Source: Camelus ferus | Lineage: Eukaryota | NCBI RefSeq assembly: GCF_009834535.1 | Contig: NC_045697.1 | Location: 26,290,001 to 26,354,000, forward strand | Length of the DNA: 64,000 nt | Direction of reading: 5' to 3' | Part shown: positions 37,476-49,616 of the stretch, one piece after another | Position numbering within the stretch: the stretch's first letter is position 1 | How the letters are laid out: each line of letters opens with the position of its first letter | Made by a program: the position numbers and the translations under genes | Notes under the pieces: model-generated | Database searches by the model: none | Seen by the model: the letters and a program-made list of their open reading frames with translations, nothing else | What the model was told of the DNA's origin: nothing

Positions 37476-40400
37476 ATTTTTATTTATTGAAATATAATTG
37501 ACTTACAATATATTAGTTTAAGGTGTACTGTGGGTTCGTCACCAGTTGTGGGTTCTGGCCAGCAGAAGTCCCACCGAGACAGAATGAATTACTCGAGACT
37601 GTGTGGAAAAAGTCAAGAGAGTGAGAGGGAGTTGGGAGCCAACTCCTCAAGCCTCTCAAATCTCCCATATTTATTGAGTACAGGCAAAGGAGGAATGCAG
37701 GAATTTAGAGAAGGACAGGGTGGGATCACAATGAGTACAAAGGCTTTGTTTATTGTTGGTGTTTGGCTCAAGGTCAGAAGACCCTTTTTGGTAAATCATA
37801 TTCATGTTGAGCCTTTCAGCTTATCAGGGCAGAATGTATGAGAATCAGCTGCTTAACAGTTTTCTTGGACTCAGGCTGCTGTCCCTGTGTCTTAGGTTGC
37901 CCCCCTCAGGGGATCTTACTTGTCACTGGCTAACCAGCCTTCTCACCTCTGAGTCTGTAACTTTTTGTAAGTTGTTTACCATTCCAGTTCAAGGCTGTTT
38001 TGGGGATAGAAGACTATCTAACAGCAGACACACCCAGCGTTTATAGCTGAGGGCCTGGGTCATTGCTAAAACCTCAACTATGCAAGTAAGGAGGTTACTA
38101 AGCACATTTGCTCTTCTTCAAGGAGATAAGCAGCTGGGGTGTGTTACAATTTGTTAACCCAATCATGGGCTCCCACAGTGTACAATGTAGTGATTTGATA
38201 TTTTTGGACATTACAATGTGATCACCATGATAAGTCTAGTTATCATCTATCACCATACAAAGTTATTACAATATTATTCACTATATTCCCTATGTTGGAT
38301 TTACCCCCATCAGTTATTAATTTTATAACTGGAAGTTTGTATCTCTTAATAATCTTCAACTATTTCACTGAGCACCCTACACCACTCTTCTCTGGCAACC
38401 ACTAGTCTGTTCTTTGTATCCATGAGTCTGTTTCTGTTTTATGTTAGTTTGTTTTTAGATTCCACATAAAGTGAAATCATATTGTATATGTCTTTCTTTG
38501 TGTGACTTATTTCACTTAGCATTATACTCTCTGTGTCCCTCTTTGTTTTAACAATGGTAAGATTTCATTCTTTTTATGGCTGAGTAAAATTCCATTGTCT
38601 ATATATAAACAACATATTCTTTATCCATTCATCCATTAATAGATACATATCTTTGCTATTGTAAATAATGCTGCATATTGGAGTGCATATATCTTTTTGA
38701 ATTAGTGTTTTCATTTTCCTTAGATAAATGCCTAGTAGAACTGCTGGATCATAATGTAGTTCCGCTTTTAATTTTTTGAGAAACTTCCATATTGTCTTCC
38801 ATACAGGCTGTATCAGTTTACATTTCACCAACAGTGCATGAGGGTTCCCTTTTCTCCAGATCTTCACCAAAACTTGTTTTTTTGTTGTTGTTGCCTTTTT
38901 GATAATAACCATTCTGACAGATATGTTATCTCACTGTGGTTTTGATTTGTATTTTCATGATTAGTGATAAGCAGATTTTCATGTGCCTTTTGGATATCTG
39001 TATGTCTTCTTTAGAAAAATGTCTATTCAGGGCCACTGCTCATTTTTTATGGATTGTATGGTTTTTTGATATTGAATTGTATGAGAGTTTTATATAATTT
39101 GGATATTAAGCCCTAATCATAAATATCATTTGCAAGTATCTTCTCTCAATCAGTAGGCTGTCTTTTCCTTTTTGATGGTTTCCTTTGCCAGGCAAAGCCT
39201 TTCTAGTTTGATGCAGCCCCTCTTGTTTATTTTTTCTTTTGTTGCGTTGCCTCAGATGACAGATCCAAAGCATATTGCTAAGACTGATGTTAGAGGGTTT
39301 ATTGCGTACGTTTTATGGTTTCAGGTCTTATACTTAAGTCTTTAATCCATTTTTAGTTAATTTTTGCATATGGTGTAAGAAAGTTAGCCAGTCTTAATCT
39401 TTTTCATGTGACTAGCTTTCCCAACACCATTTATTGAAAGAAACTGTCATTTCCCCATTGTACATTCTTGCCTCATTTCTCATAGACTAACTGGCTTTTG
39501 TAAGCATGGGTTCATCTCTGTGTTCTCTATTCTGTTCCCATAGATCTGCATGTCTGTTTTTATGCCATTACAATATTGTTTTGATTACAATATCTTTGTA
39601 GTATAGTTTAAAATCAAGGGTCAGGATACCTCTGGGTTTGTTCTTCTTTCTCAATATTTCTTTGTCTATTCTACACAAATTTTAGGATTATTTCTTCCAG
39701 TTTTGTGAAAAACATCATGGGTATTTTGATAGGGATTGCACTGAATATGTAGATTGTTTTGGGTAGCATGAACATTTTAATAATATTAATTTTTCCAGTC
39801 CATGCACACAATATACCTTCACAATTATTTGTGTCATCTTCAGTTGCTTTTACTAAATGTCTTACAGTCTTTAGAGTACAGGTCTTTTATTTCCTTGGTT
39901 AAAATTTATTCCTAGTTATTTTCCTCTTTTTGATGCAACTGTAAAGCAAATTGTTTTCTTACTTCCTCTTTCTGATTGTTTGTTATCAGTGCATAACAAT
40001 GCAGCAGATTTCTACATACTACTTTTGTATTCTGAAACTTTATTGAATTCATCTATTATTTCAAATACTTTTTTGGTAAAATCTTCAAGGTTTTCTATAT
40101 AAATAACATCATGTTATCAGCAAATATTGACAGTTTCACCTCTTCTTTTCCAATTTGGATCCTTTGCATTTCTTTTTCTTGTATGATTACTGGGTCTAGG
40201 ACTTCCAATACTATGTTAAATCAAAGTGATGAGATTGGATGTCTTTGTCTTGTTCCTGATCTTAGAGAAAAAGCTTTTAGTTTTTCAACATTGAATATTA
40301 TGTTAGTTGTGGCTTGTCATATTTGGCCTTTGTTATGTTGAGATATGTTTCCTCTGTAGACACTATGTTGAGAGTTTTTATTGTAAAGGGATGTTAAATT

Positions 40401-41318
40401 TTGTCAAATGCTTTTTCTTCATCCATTGAGAAAATACAATTTTATTCTTTGTTTTGTTGATGTGGTGAATCGTGTTGATTGATTTGTAGATACTGAACTA
40501 TTCTTGCATCCCTGGAATAAACCCCACCAGACCATGGTTTGGATGTTCCTTTTAATGTATTGCTGAACTTCGTTTGTTAAGGATTTTTTGCATCTATGTT
40601 CATCAAGGATTTTAGCCTGTAATTTTCTTTTTTTTTTTGTAGGGTCTTTGGTTTTGGTATCTGGAAATACTGGCCTCATAGAATGCACTTAGAAGCATTC
40701 CTTCTGCTTCAATTTCAGGAATAGTTTGAGAAGAATAAGTATTAACTCTTCTTTAAACCTTTGGTAGAATTCATCTGTGAACATGAATCATCCTAGAATT
40801 TTGTCAGGATTATTTTGTCACTAATTCAATTTTATTACTAGTAAATTGATCTGTTCTGATTTTCTATTTCTTCCTAATTCAGTCTTGGAAGATTGAATAT
40901 TTCTAGGAATTTATCCCTTTCTTCTAGGTTGTCCAATTTTTAGCATATAATTGTCTGTAGTAGTCTCATGATTCTTTGTATTTCTGCAGTGTTGGTTATA
41001 ACTCTCTATCATCTCTGATTTTATTTGGGCTCTCTCTCTTTTTTCTTGATGAGTCTGGCTAAAAGTTTGTCAGTTTAGTGTATATTTTTAAAGAACTAGC
41101 TCTAAGTTTCACTGATAGTTTCTATTGCTATTTTGTTTTTGTTGTTCTCCATTTTATTTATTTCTACTCTGATTTATTATTTCCACCCTCCTACTAACTC
41201 TTGAGTGCTTGTTCTTTCTCTAGTTTCTTAAAATATACATTTAGAAGGTTTATTAGGGATTTTTCTTATTTGAGGTAGTTTTTTATGGCTATGAACTTCT
41301 CACTTAAAACTGCTTTTG
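37476..41318 (-). mobile_element. L1 (L1MA9-like) 3' end plus ORF2, interrupted by an LTR
   Basis: tttattgaaatataattgac 3' end resumes at 38184; ORF 38574-38912 (-) is ORF2 C-terminus-like (LKKLKAELHYDPA). Confidence 0.9.
37529..38177 (-). mobile_element. ERV solo LTR, class II/ERVK-like (649 bp)
   Basis: TGTGGG...CCCACA inverted termini; perfect 6-bp TSD GTGTAC (37523-37528, 38178-38183); AATAAA on minus strand. Confidence 0.9.
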
Positions 41319-43436
41319 AACTCCCAATTTATCCCTCTCCATCCCCTTTCCCTGTTAGTAATCATAAGCTTGTTTTCCATGTCTGTGAGTCTACCTCTGT
41401 TTTGTAGGTTCATTTGTGTCCTTTTTTTTAAGATTCCACATATAGTGATATCATATGGTATTTTTCTCTACCTAGCTTACTTCACTTAGTATGGTAATCT
41501 CTAGATCCACCTATGTTGCTACAATTGGCATTATTTTGTTCTTACTTTTATGGCTGAGGAATACTTCATTGCATATATATAAACCACAATTTCTTTATCC
41601 AGTCCAATCTCTTGATGGACATTTAGTCACCTCCATGTCTTCACTATTGTAACTAGTGCTGCTAAAAACACTGAGGTGTATGTATCTTCTCGAATTAGAG
41701 TTTCCTCCAGATATATTCCCAGGAGTGGGATCGCTGTACATAGGGTAAGTCTATTATGAGTTTTTTGAGGAATCTCCATACTATTTTCTACAATAAGTGC
41801 ACCAAACTACATTCCCACCAATAGTGTAGGAGGGTTCCCTTTTCTCCACACCCTCTCCATCATTTATTGTTTGTGGACTTTTTAATGATGGCCATTCTGA
41901 CCTATGTGAGGTAATACCTCATAGTAATTTTGATTTGCATTTCTCTGTTAATTAGCAATATTGAGAATTTTTTCATGTACCTATGGGCCATTTGCATATC
42001 TTCACTGGAGAAATGTTTGTTTAGATCTTCTTCCCAGTTTTTATTGGGCTGTCCGTTTTATTGTTATTGAGTTGTATGAGCTGTATATTCTGGAAATTAA
42101 TCCCTTGTCAGCTGCATTGTTTGCAAATATATTCTCCCATTCCATAGGTTGTCTTTTTGTTTTGTTTATCACTTACTTTCCTATACAAAAGCTTATAAGT
42201 TTGATTATTATTAGGTCCCATTTGTTTATTTTTGCTTTTATTTCTATTGTCTTGGTAGCCTGCCCTAAGAGACGATTGCTATAATTTATATCAGTGAATT
42301 TTTTCTTCGAGGGGTTTATAATATCCTATCTTATGTTTAAGTCTTTAAGCCCTTTTGAGTTTATGTTTGTGTATGGTGTGAGGGAGTGTGCTAACTTCAT
42401 TGATTTACATGTGACTGTCCAGTTTTCCCAGCACCACTTGTTGAAGAGACTGCTTTTTCTCCATTGTATATTCTTGTCTCCTTTGTCAAAAATTAATTGG
42501 CCATAGATGTGAAGGTCTATTTCTGGACTCTCTGTTATGTTCTATCGATCCACATGTCTGTTTTTGTACCAATGCTATGCTGTTTTGATTACTGTAACTC
42601 TGTAGTATTGTCTGAAGTCTGGGAGGGTTATCCTTCCAGCTTCATTCTTTTTGTTCAGTATTGCTTTCACAATTCTGGGTCTTTTGAAATTCCATATAAA
42701 TTTGAGGATTATTTGTTCTAGTTTTGTGAAAAACGTCCTGGGCAATTTGACAGGGATTGCATTAAATCTGTAGATTGTTTTGGGTAGTTAAGACCATTTT
42801 AACAATATTGATTCTTCCAATCCAAGAGCATGGGATATCTTTCCATTTCTTTAAATCATCTTTTACTTCCTTAACCAGTGTTTTATAGTTCTCAGCATGT
42901 AAGTCTTTCACCTCTTTGGACAGGTTTATTCCTAAGTATTTTTTTTTTCTGATGGGATTTTAAAAGGGATTTCTTTCTTTACTTTTCTTTTCCGATATTT
43001 CATTGTTAGTGTAAAGAAATGCAAGTAATTTCTCTATGTTAATATTGTATCCTGCTACCTTGCTAAATTCTTTTATCAGCTCCTATAGCTTTTGTGTGGA
43101 GTCCTTAGGGTTTTCTATATATAGTATCTTGTCATCTGCATACAGTGACAATTTTACCTCTTCTCTTCTAATTTGGATCTCTTCTATGCCTTTCTCTTGC
43201 CTGATTGCAATGGCTAGGACTTTCAATACTATGTTGAACAGAAATGGTGACAGTAGGCATCCTTATCTTTTCCAGATTTTAGCAGGAAGGCTTTCAACTT
43301 TTCACTGTTACATATTATATTGGCTATAGGTTTGTCATAAATAGCTTTTATTATGTTGAGATATGTTTCTTCTATGCCCAATTTGGTAACAGTTTTTTTT
43401 AATCATAAATGGATGTTGAATTACATCAAATGCTTT
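41319..43436 (-). mobile_element. Younger L1, ORF2/3'UTR (non-inverted part), lacking its terminal tail
   Basis: Antisense ORF2/3'UTR; boundary reads [12 protein letters not shown] on the minus strand. Confidence 0.9.
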
Positions 43437-43441
43437 AGTTT

Positions 43442-43474
43442 TTATTAGCACCAAGCTCTAACCAACTGAGCTAA
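43442..43474 (-). pseudogene. tRNA-Ile(AAT) 5'-half fragment (tailless retropseudogene)
   Basis: Reverse complement TTAGCTCAGTTGGTTAGAGCTTGGTGCTAATAA matches nt 7-39 of mammalian tRNA-Ile-AAT at 32/33; flanked by 19-bp direct repeat TCAAATGCTTTAGTTTTTA (43426-43444, 43478-43496). Confidence 0.85.
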
Positions 43475-43488
43475 AATTCAAATGCTTT

Positions 43489-44027
43489 AGTTTTTAGAAA
43501 CATACAGTCCACCAAAATTGAATCAAGAAGAAATAAGATAATTTGAACAGATCAATCACTAGAACTGAAGCAGAATCAGTAATTAAAAAAAATACTCCCT
43601 GCAAACAAAATTCTGGGACTGGATGGCTTCACTGGGGAATTCTATCAAACATACAAAGAAATTATACCTATCCTTCTCAAACTCTCTCAAAAGACTGAAG
43701 AGGAGGGAACACTCCCAAACTCATTCTATGAAGCTACTGTCACCCTGATACCAAAACCAGACAAAGACACTACCAAAAAAGAAATTATAGACCAATATCT
43801 CTGGTGAATATAGATGCAACAATTATCAAAAAAAAAATTAGCAAACAGAATCCAACAACAGATAAAAAAGATCATACACTATGATCAATTTGGATTCCTC
43901 CCAGGGACACAAGGATTGTTCAACATATGCCAATCAATCAAGGTGATAAACTACATCAACCAAAAAAAAAAAAAAAAAAAAAAAGGACAAAAATCACATG
44001 ATCATCTTAATAGATGCAGAAAAAGCA
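43489..44027 (+). mobile_element. Inverted 5' segment of the same L1 (twin-priming product)
   Basis: Sense ORF2 (..[39 protein letters not shown]) ends where the minus segment begins. Confidence 0.9.
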
Positions 44028-45949
44028 AAATTTCTAAAATTTCTTTTTGATGGAGCCATTTTGTATTCATCAAACTGACTCCATCCTGACTGTAATTTTT
44101 TGTAATATTTATTCTTAATCACATGGAATTCTGAGAGCCTCAGTGGTGAGGTAAAGGGTGTAGGGATTTTCATAAGTAAAGATCTACTTATTTTTCTCTG
44201 CCCCTGACACAAAATTTATTATGTGATTCCATCATCACTTGCTCAAAACACTTTGGACATGATAAATATTAAATTTTCCTTATTTTTCTAGCTATTGTGT
44301 TTATATTTAGTGCTTATTAATATAGAGAAAACAGAATCACCACTTTTCTATATCAGGGGAATGATGCCTATGAAGCATAAAATAGTCAATCTCTACTGCC
44401 CTTTTTATATCTACAAGTCATAAATTAAAGAATGAAAACCTACTTGACATGAGTTAAATCCAGTTTTCTCTCCACTACATTATGTCAAAAACTATATTAT
44501 TTTCCTAGTGGGAGATAATGTTACTTGTGTCTTCTCTTCAGTTGTCCAAGTTCTGTGAAAGTGTACAACCTGTAGGGCCATTTTTTTCCCCTTTGGTAAA
44601 GTGGTTGGGAATCTTTCAGTTAATCTAGTCTTATTTTTGCAAAATTTACTTTTATCATTTCAGGAAAGTCATACTGCTCAACAGTCAGGAATAAGGATGA
44701 AATCACTTTTTTTAGGTAAAAAGAAATGTCTCCATGTTCTATATTCTTATAAAAAAAACTTTCTTCTTGCTGTTAAATAGAAAAAGCATCTAGAAAGTAA
44801 GTACTTTCAATGGCAAGTCATTTTTAACTGTATAATCATATATTTCCATTATGATGGTTGAAATAAGTGTAAGACAACTCTTTCCTGATTTAGTTTTTCA
44901 TGGACTTTATGCAGCAAGTATTTTATTTATTTTTTAAGATCTTCCAGAGTCTAACTGGCTCAATTTTTATTTCATTTAAATGTTTTCCTAAGATTCTTAA
45001 GATCTCCAAATTTGGTGATGTTTTCAGAGTGAGTATTATATGTATAATAAGCAATGATAAAATATTCATTTTAGTTCTTCCTTGACCAACTGCAGGATTG
45101 GACATAATAATAACAAACTATTATCTGTATTGCACAAATGTATGCTACTTGAGCTAAACACGAAGAGTTTCTTAATGGAAATGTCTTCCTCTTCTAGATC
45201 CCTTGCCCAGGTAGCCTGTCCTTTTATTTTATGGATGAATTTGCAGTCTAATTAATTTTCTTCTATCTTTTAAGAGGACTTTGGCCATACAATGACAAGG
45301 ACAAATTTTCCTTGCACTGTATTCCATGGGCACCACAATCTAGACGACTGCATTAGCAACTGCAGCTTGGCAACAGATTTTCTGGAATCAGTCCTAAGAG
45401 TGACTCATTCTTTTTGACAGTCTCTGTAAAGTCAAGTCCTCCTGTAAGAAACTCTTACTTTCTTCTGAATACTGATACACATGGCCAGAATGTTGGAGAG
45501 GGGAAGAGAGTCTAGATAGACTTCAACAAAATGCTAGTCTCACTCTAACTACAACCCCCAAAGAACAATTATATTATAGCAACAGTAAAGCCCCTGAAAT
45601 CTCTGCCATATACTGTTTTCCTTTACTTCTAGAACCATTTTTTGACCTTGTATGTGACATAGAGAATGTATCTTAACCATAAGTCTTTAGATTTATATAG
45701 CGTCTTCATTACCATGACTCACATTTCCAGAGGCCATGCTCCTTAGCTGCAGTTGGTATGCTTATCTTATAAGTGCTTCATGTCAGTGGATAAGTTTTCT
45801 CTCCCTTTTCAAACATACACAATAAAACGTCACTCAAAATTAATCTGAATAGAGGTTTAAAATCTATCTTATATAATAAAAATATTTGTTCACAGAACCA
45901 ACACTGATTATATTCCCCACTAATTTAATTCAATGTGTATTTATAATAG

Positions 45950-46390
45950 AAAATGCTGATTTATCATGTGACCAAGGTCTGAGCTGGATTCTTTCACATA
46001 CTTTATCTAATTTTGGTGTATATTCAGCATTTTGCAGAAGAAAAATATGAGGCTGCATGTAGTTAAATACACAATTTCACATAGCTAGAAAATTACAGAC
46101 CAGAAAAGTAAGCCCTAAACTGCTGACTCCATGCTCAATACTATTTTTATTAAGTACCATCATTATCAAAAAATAATAAAAATGGTATTTATTGAACACC
46201 TATTCTGAAATTGTATATGTACAAGATGCTATAGGCTTTATTTTGTTTAATCTTCACAACAACACTATGACATAAATACTATAATTAATCCCACTCTATC
46301 AACGGAGAAACGAAAATTCAATGAATCACTGAGATGAGATATAGCCAGGTAGTGGGTTCCAGAGTACACACAGCTAACCATGCACTACTC
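45950..46390 (-). mobile_element. Two adjacent MIR fragments
   Basis: cattttgcagaagaaaaatatgaggct; tatttattgaacacc...tttaatcttcacaacaacactatga. Confidence 0.6.
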
Positions 46391-46824
46391 CTGAACATCT
46401 CATTTAAAATAGTGTGAGAGCACACTGTAGAACTTGGTCATTCCTTAAGTATTTAGCACTCAACTGCATGTTAAATTCATCATAAATTTCATGGAATCAC
46501 GCATCAGTCACAAGTTCTGTTTTTCAGAATCTCCATGTACACACATGAATTCAAATTTTCTGGCTCCACACCATTTGCCTTTAAAAGTAGAAATGGTGGT
46601 AAAGACAAGAGGGTGTAGATAAACAGAGAAATGAAGAACTAGTTCACCTACTTTTTTCCTTCTCATTGACACTGAGCCAAGCCAAGGTGATGCCTGAGAA
46701 GGGGTGGTGGGAAATCCCAACATACTATGCTCATGCTGATTCCTATTTGAAGTCCAGTCTGTGCCAAGGCTTTCTAGAGATAGTATTTGAACAAAGCCTA
46801 ACTCCTTGACTTACTGTTTTTAGT

Positions 46825-47230
46825 GTTTTTATTGAAGTGCAAAATACAAGCAGAAAGTGAACAAATAATAAATATTCAGTTTGATACATTTTCATAAGCA
46901 CCCAGATCAAGAAACAGTATTATGGACATCCCAAAAGCCACTGTCATCTCTACTCTAGTCACTGCCCTTTGCAGTAAGCACTGTCTTGCTTTCCAATGAT
47001 ATAGATGAGCTTTGCACTGTATACTTATATATAAGTGGAATAAAAGGTTATGTACTGTCTATTAACTCAAAATTATGTTTGTGACTTCACATCATTCTAT
47101 TTAACTGCAGAATGGTCACTCATTGTGTAATATTTCACTGTGCGAAAATACAATTATATATGTATTTATTGTACCATTTATGGGTATTTGGGTAGTTTTC
47201 AGTTAGGAGCTAATACAAATAGTGCTGCCC
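46825..47230 (-). mobile_element. Ancient L1 3' end (L1ME-like)
   Basis: tttttattgaagtg...cacccagatcaagaaacag...gggtatttgggtagtttt. Confidence 0.7.
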
Positions 47231-47689
47231 CTGGACTGTTATCTTTGAATTGATGACATCTCTACTAAGGAGGTAAAAGGGGACAGCACTGATTTTACAT
47301 TACTTCTATAAACACAGTAGTTTAAATATATGATTCAGGGGCTACTAGACAGCTTCAACTGTTCATAATTGACTCCCTGATTTTCACATTTGATATGTGA
47401 CATTCTGCCACTAGTAACCCAGTCCCTGAAAGTAAACAATGTTTTTTCCTAAAGTTTTAGTTTTAAATGCAATCTCATTTGGCAATATCTTGGAATATTT
47501 TAATCTTGAGGGTCCAGGAATCCAAGGTTATGACTCACAACAACATAAGCCATCTGAAATTGCGTGCATTAAAATTTTTTGTATGCATGGGTATACAGCA
47601 GACATTTCCAGTTCCCTGCCCATATCATCTTGGAATTCATTTCCACCCACACCTAAGTTTGTTTACTTGAAAGCTGTAACTTTATCTGT

Positions 47690-48010
47690 GTGTGCACATC
47701 TGATTTGAACATAGAATGAGCAAGAAGTTCTGTGATGTTAATAATCCCAGAAGCAGCATCCCTTGGCAAATGATGGAAGAAGTTTGGAGGATAAATATTT
47801 CCATTCCTCTGTTTCTGATTGGGATAACTCAGGAATGTAGTATGCCGTCTCCAGATTTCCTGAGCAGGATGGAGTTCCAGTTGCCCATAGTGATAACTGG
47901 CTTGATCATGCACCCTTTATTGGCTTCCTACCTTTAGCTCTCTTGCTTCCATATTCCTCTGCCTTCATTTCCTGGGATCATCTCCCAAACAGATTTTTTT
48001 TGCACTTGAA
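47690..48010 (+). mobile_element. ERVL LTR (LTR16-like)
   Basis: ggagttccagttgcccatagtgataactggcttgat...cccttt attggcttcc...tcctgggatcatctcccaaa. Confidence 0.7.
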
Positions 48011-48175
48011 TCGTGACAGTTTATATCAAGTTGTGCATGTGTGTATTTGCACGTGCATATACATTTTGTCTGATAAAATTCCCAATGTCATCAAACGTAT
48101 TTAAGAATAACCATCTTATCATGAATTTGTTTGTCAAATCTTTTAAAAATAGCACTTGATTCTGAAGGGAGCACT

Positions 48176-48732
48176 GTGAGGAGGGTTAGCACAGCAGAAC
48201 TGGCTGCTTGTTCCTTGCATGTCTCCAAAGGACATCTGACCTTTGGCCAACCCCTGGGAATTTGGCCTTCAGCAGACTCATGTTGATAATTGATAGCTCT
48301 GTTGTATATACATGGAGCAGCAGACCATGCCATATCAGCTTGTCAGGATTCTTTTGCATAAACATCAAGATTGATGGTGTGTACCAGGTTTCATTTTTGG
48401 GGTCTTGAATTTTGTTATCATGGCTGGTTGTGTAGCAGGCCTACACGACCAGCTCTCCATAAAAGCCTTCCCTCAGGAGAATCTCCTAACATGTCCTCAC
48501 AGTTTACAGACAGGGAAAAGCACTTCCCATACCATGATCCCAGGTGGGAGAGGACTTGAAAAACCTGTGCCTGGCCTCTCTGAACTCTACCTAATGTATA
48601 GCTTCCTGCTGTTCTTAGTGCTGGCCCTTTTTCTGTACTAAATCTTAGCCATGGTTATAACCTGCTATTACATCCTGTGAATCCTTCCAGAGAACTGGCA
48701 ACCTTAAGGGTGGTCTTGAGACCTTTGAAACA
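48176..48732 (+). mobile_element. ERVL solo LTR (MER21/MER68/MER77-like)
   Basis: tgtgag start; cctacacgaccagctctccataaaa; aaatcttagccatggttataac; gggtggtcttgagacctttgaaaca end. Confidence 0.7.
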
Positions 48733-49616
48733 ATCACTAAGTAAATTTTAGCGAGGGCAAAAATTTTTACTCCTAGGAGACCTCCTAGGGAAAGACATGC
48801 CAAGGTAACAGTTTCATAACTGGGGTAGATATCTGGAAGGCTAGGGATTAATCCCGCTCTGTTGGATTTTCTTCAAAGAGGTGTATATAGAAGACTTTTT
48901 ATAAACAACTTCATTGCCTTTTCAGATTATGCTTAGGATTCACATTTAGTGTAAACAGCAAAGAAAAGTATCTGTTGTTGGTATTCAATTATGGAAAAAA
49001 TTTGCGAGCTCTTTTGTCATCACCCATCCACAAAATCTCACAATTAGTAAAAGTCCTCACAAATGTGTCACCCTCTAAACCCCCAGAACTACAGAAATTC
49101 GAATAGTTAATACAGAAGTCACAAGTGGTAGAAATCTCTCCTGGACTAACTTGGGAAATGGGGACTTGGAACAAGTTTGAGCAGGAATTAAAACAGACTG
49201 ATGCAAAGTAACAGAAGGATGTACCAAGTCAGGGCCAGCCTTCTATTAAAACTGGCAGGCTGGAAAGCCACATGCCTGAGAGTATAAAAATCACGAAAGT
49301 CAGAAGATGCCTTTTGACTTCCAAAGTGATTCAAGCCCTCCCAGATAACTTCCTGCATGTTAAGTAAACCAGATAAATGACGCAATATTTAAAATCTAAG
49401 TTATAGAGAAAGCTTGCTGTGCTGGGGTTATAAATGGAATCATTTTGAAAGAATCTTTCTTTCTTTAGGGCTTTCTAAACTTGCGGGGTGCAGATGCATG
49501 GATTTTGCCTTATTTTCAAGTCAATGTCTTTCACAAGTACTGTCAGAAATACTTGATCAAAATAACATTTACTTTCTTAAAATCACTAACAGCTTTTCTT
49601 TAGGGAAAAAAATCAG

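Noticed and set aside
37530..38046. 103-aa and 80-aa ORFs
   Set aside because: Lie wholly inside a solo LTR with no retroviral protein similarity
43442..43474. Functional tRNA gene
   Set aside because: Only 33 nt; no acceptor stem, T-arm or B-box
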